From: an uncultured Chloroflexia bacterium
Lineage (GTDB): Bacteria; Chloroflexota; Dehalococcoidia; GIF9; UBA5629
Assembly: GCA_963784375.1 (NCBI GenBank)
Contig: CAWAQY010000001.1
Location: 12,486-76,485, forward strand
Reading direction: 5' to 3'
DNA length: 64,000 nt
A model generated the notes under the pieces. The model was given only the letters and a program-made list of their open reading frames with translations. It was not told the origin of the DNA and did no database searches. Shown piece by piece: positions 62,017 to 64,000 of this stretch; position 1 is the stretch's first letter, and each line of letters starts with the position of its first letter. The position numbers and the translations under genes were made by a program.

Positions 62017-63838
62017 ATGGCGGAAATAAAATTCAAACTGCTCGAAGTTGATTTAAGCAGCGGGAACAGCCGCGGATATTGACGTTACCGAAGACGTCAA
62101 GAAATACCTGGGCGCCCGCGGACTGGCCAATAAGCTGATATGGGACCTGGTGCCGCAGGGCGCAGACCCGCTCGGTGCCGACAATATCCTTCACGTCGGC
62201 GTGGGGCCGTTGACCGGCATTGTTGGGACCAAAACGATTTTTAGTTTCATGTCTCCTCTAACCGGCTGGGCTGGCGTAGTGCCGTCTCCGGCGATTTCGG
62301 TGATGAGATTGTAAGGGCACAATATAATGCCGGCATACTTATCACGGGCAAAGCCCGCAAACCCGTATATCTCTACGTTTACGATGACAAGGTGGAAATC
62401 CGAGACGCCTCGGACCTGTGGGGCAAGTGGAAGCAGAAGACCGAGGTGACATTGAGGGACCGCCTGGATCGAGAGACCGGCGAGTTGTTCAGCGTACTTT
62501 GCATCGGACCTGCCGGTGAACACCTGGTGAGGTACGCCAATGCCACCACCGAGTTTATTCACAGCGCTTCCAAGTGGGGCTGCGGGGCGGTGATGGGCTC
62601 GAAGAACCTCAAGGCAATCGCCGTGCGCGGCACCAAGGGGACCCCTGTATGCGGACCACCGGAAGGTCTGGGAGCTTTTTAAAACATACGCCACCAGCCC
62701 GGTAACGATGGCCCACAAGCTTAACGAAAGCCGCTGGGGGCATACGACATCGATGCCCGGCCTGCTCCGTTTAGCTGCCGAAGGCATCAAGAACAGCCAC
62801 CTGGGCTACCACGAAATCGTCGAAAAGAGCGACTCGCACGCCCATCAGTTGAAGTACCATGTCTGGACCGTCGGCTGCCCCGGTTGCGCCGCGGCTTGCA
62901 AAGTTCCGTTCTTCAAGAACAGTCCCAGCGGCGTTTTCGGCGGCGAATTCAGGCATGACAATACCGGCGGGTTCAACGCCAATATCATGGTGGGCTACGA
63001 AGAGATGACCGAGATTTCGGCTTTGACTGATGAGCTGGGCATGGATGGTGAAGAGGTGGGCGGCATTGTCGCCTGGGCTATGGACCTGTACGAGCACGGC
63101 ATTATCACCAAAAAAGACCTCGGCGGAATCGACTTGAAGTGGGGCGATGTCGAGGCTACGTGCGAGTTGTTGAAGAAGATAGCCTACAAGGAAGACGCGG
63201 CTCCGGCGGTTCTCGCGGAAGGCTTCCGTCGTGCTTACCCTGTTTTCGGCAAAGAAGCCGAGTACCTGGCCTGGGAGGTCCACGGCTGCGCCTGCCCTAC
63301 CTACGATATCCGGAACCAGAACCCGGCATTCAAAGGTGAGTCGGTAGGCGGGCTTGCCTTTGCTACCAGCCACAACGGGGCCAGGATGGGTAACGGAATA
63401 AGTGCCGCACTGCTCGAAGCAGCAACTTTTTGTTACTTTGCCTCCTTCCCGCTTAACAGGATGTGGGGTTCAAACGAAAAAATTGCCAGTATGCTGTTGA
63501 ATCCTGCTTGCGGCTGGAACCTGGGCATTGAGGACGTTCAGGACTTGGCCCTCAGGAATTATTATTTCAACAGGTGCATCAGCCTGAGAGAAGGTTACAA
63601 TCCTTCGAGAGATGACTAGTTGCCCCCGCGAGCCTTCGAGGAGCCTATAACCGATAAATACGGCACCACCTGGGTTTGGAAAAGGGAACAGTTCGAGAGA
63701 GAAAAGAAGATGCACTATGTTAATACGTTAAAGCTGACTCAGGAAGGCTTGCCCCCAAGGGATCAACTGGAAAGGCTCGGCCTGGATTTCACTCATCCCG
63801 GTCCTTCATCCCGCTGCAAATTCCTGACAAGCGGGTAA
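62017..63838 (+). pseudogene. aor: tungsten/molybdopterin aldehyde:ferredoxin oxidoreductase (AOR family), interrupted by at least 4 frameshifts
   Basis: 'MAEIKFKLLEVDLSSG', 'KKYLGARGLANKLIWD...GADPLGADNILHVGVGPLTG', 'KPVYLYVYDDKVEIRDASDLWGK...IGPAGEHLVRYA...GAVMGSKNLKAIAVRG', 'CPGCAAACK', 'DELGMDGEEVGGIVAWAMDLYEHG'. These are spread over five frames. The RBS GAAGGAG precedes the ATG at 62017. Confidence 0.85.
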
Positions 63839-64000
63839 TAACACCGACATGCTCATATATTAATATTTGGAATCTCAAAATCAAAACTGACCTGGAAATA
63901 GCACCTCGGTATTTTGTAGTATAAATGCTACTTTTTCTCAAGGAATGAATTGGAAATTAGTTTTTTATGAACGATAAGGAAATACACGAATCTCCTGAGG

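Overview
This 64-kb window is two compositionally different sequences joined together.

(1) Positions 1 to ~5,470 are about 65-72 % GC by eye. This block encodes tatC, tatA, dcd, a zinc-ribbon gene, two Tat-signal ferritin-like genes, a polyprenyl-diphosphate synthase, ubiE/menG and a Bacillus-type qcrC. All but the zinc-ribbon gene are on the minus strand. Almost every gene here is broken by several indels.

(2) At ~5,470-5,500 the GC drops abruptly to about 40-45 %. The drop falls inside genes on both sides: a qcrB-like 3' stub and a 5'-truncated MFS transporter. There is no integrase, tRNA or flanking repeat, so an assembly or binning chimera is the most economical reading.

The remaining ~58 kb looks like a monoderm anaerobe. 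A Chloroflexota/Dehalococcoidia-like origin is a low-confidence inference.

Contents of the low-GC block:
- Two paralogous cobalamin riboswitches. One controls an orphan BtuF-like lipoprotein. The other controls a ~1,090-aa Asp-box beta-propeller / FN3-like, C-terminally anchored surface protein.
- An Ig-repeat membrane protein follows that surface protein.
- A DUF4258/DUF2283 toxin-antitoxin pair, and a histidine kinase with two response regulators.
- Housekeeping genes: glyQS, tatD, trxA-ccdA-resA, rpoD and a pseudouridine synthase.
- An archaeal-style thiolase plus an HMG-CoA-synthase-like/DUF35 fusion.
- A complete secretin-less type IV pilus locus: pilD, pilA, pilT, pilMN, pilO-like, a beta-helical pilin-like giant, two minor pilins, pilC and pilB.
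- A second, riboswitch-less paralogue of the surface propeller protein, next to an atypical LuxR-type regulator.
- A cyclic-nucleotide neighbourhood: an MBL hydrolase, a minimal class-III cyclase-like protein and an FAD-oxidoreductase::cNMP-binding fusion. It surrounds a divergent pair of paralogous coiled-coil proteins, one with a striking (E/K)HFA-x-(I/L/V)-EE tandem repeat.
- A catabolic-looking cluster: an orphan family-5 SBP, an enoate-reductase-like flavoprotein, a CocE/NonD hydrolase and a deacetylase.
- A GT2-like gene.
- A GC-elevated (~52-63 %) ferredoxin plus aldehyde:ferredoxin oxidoreductase pair.

About 25-30 genes in the low-GC block are split by single frameshifts. Frameshift density rises with local GC, which points to sequence error rather than decay.

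I found no rRNA, tRNA, CRISPR array, transposase or integrase.

The best candidate for something new is the B12-riboswitch-controlled surface propeller module.
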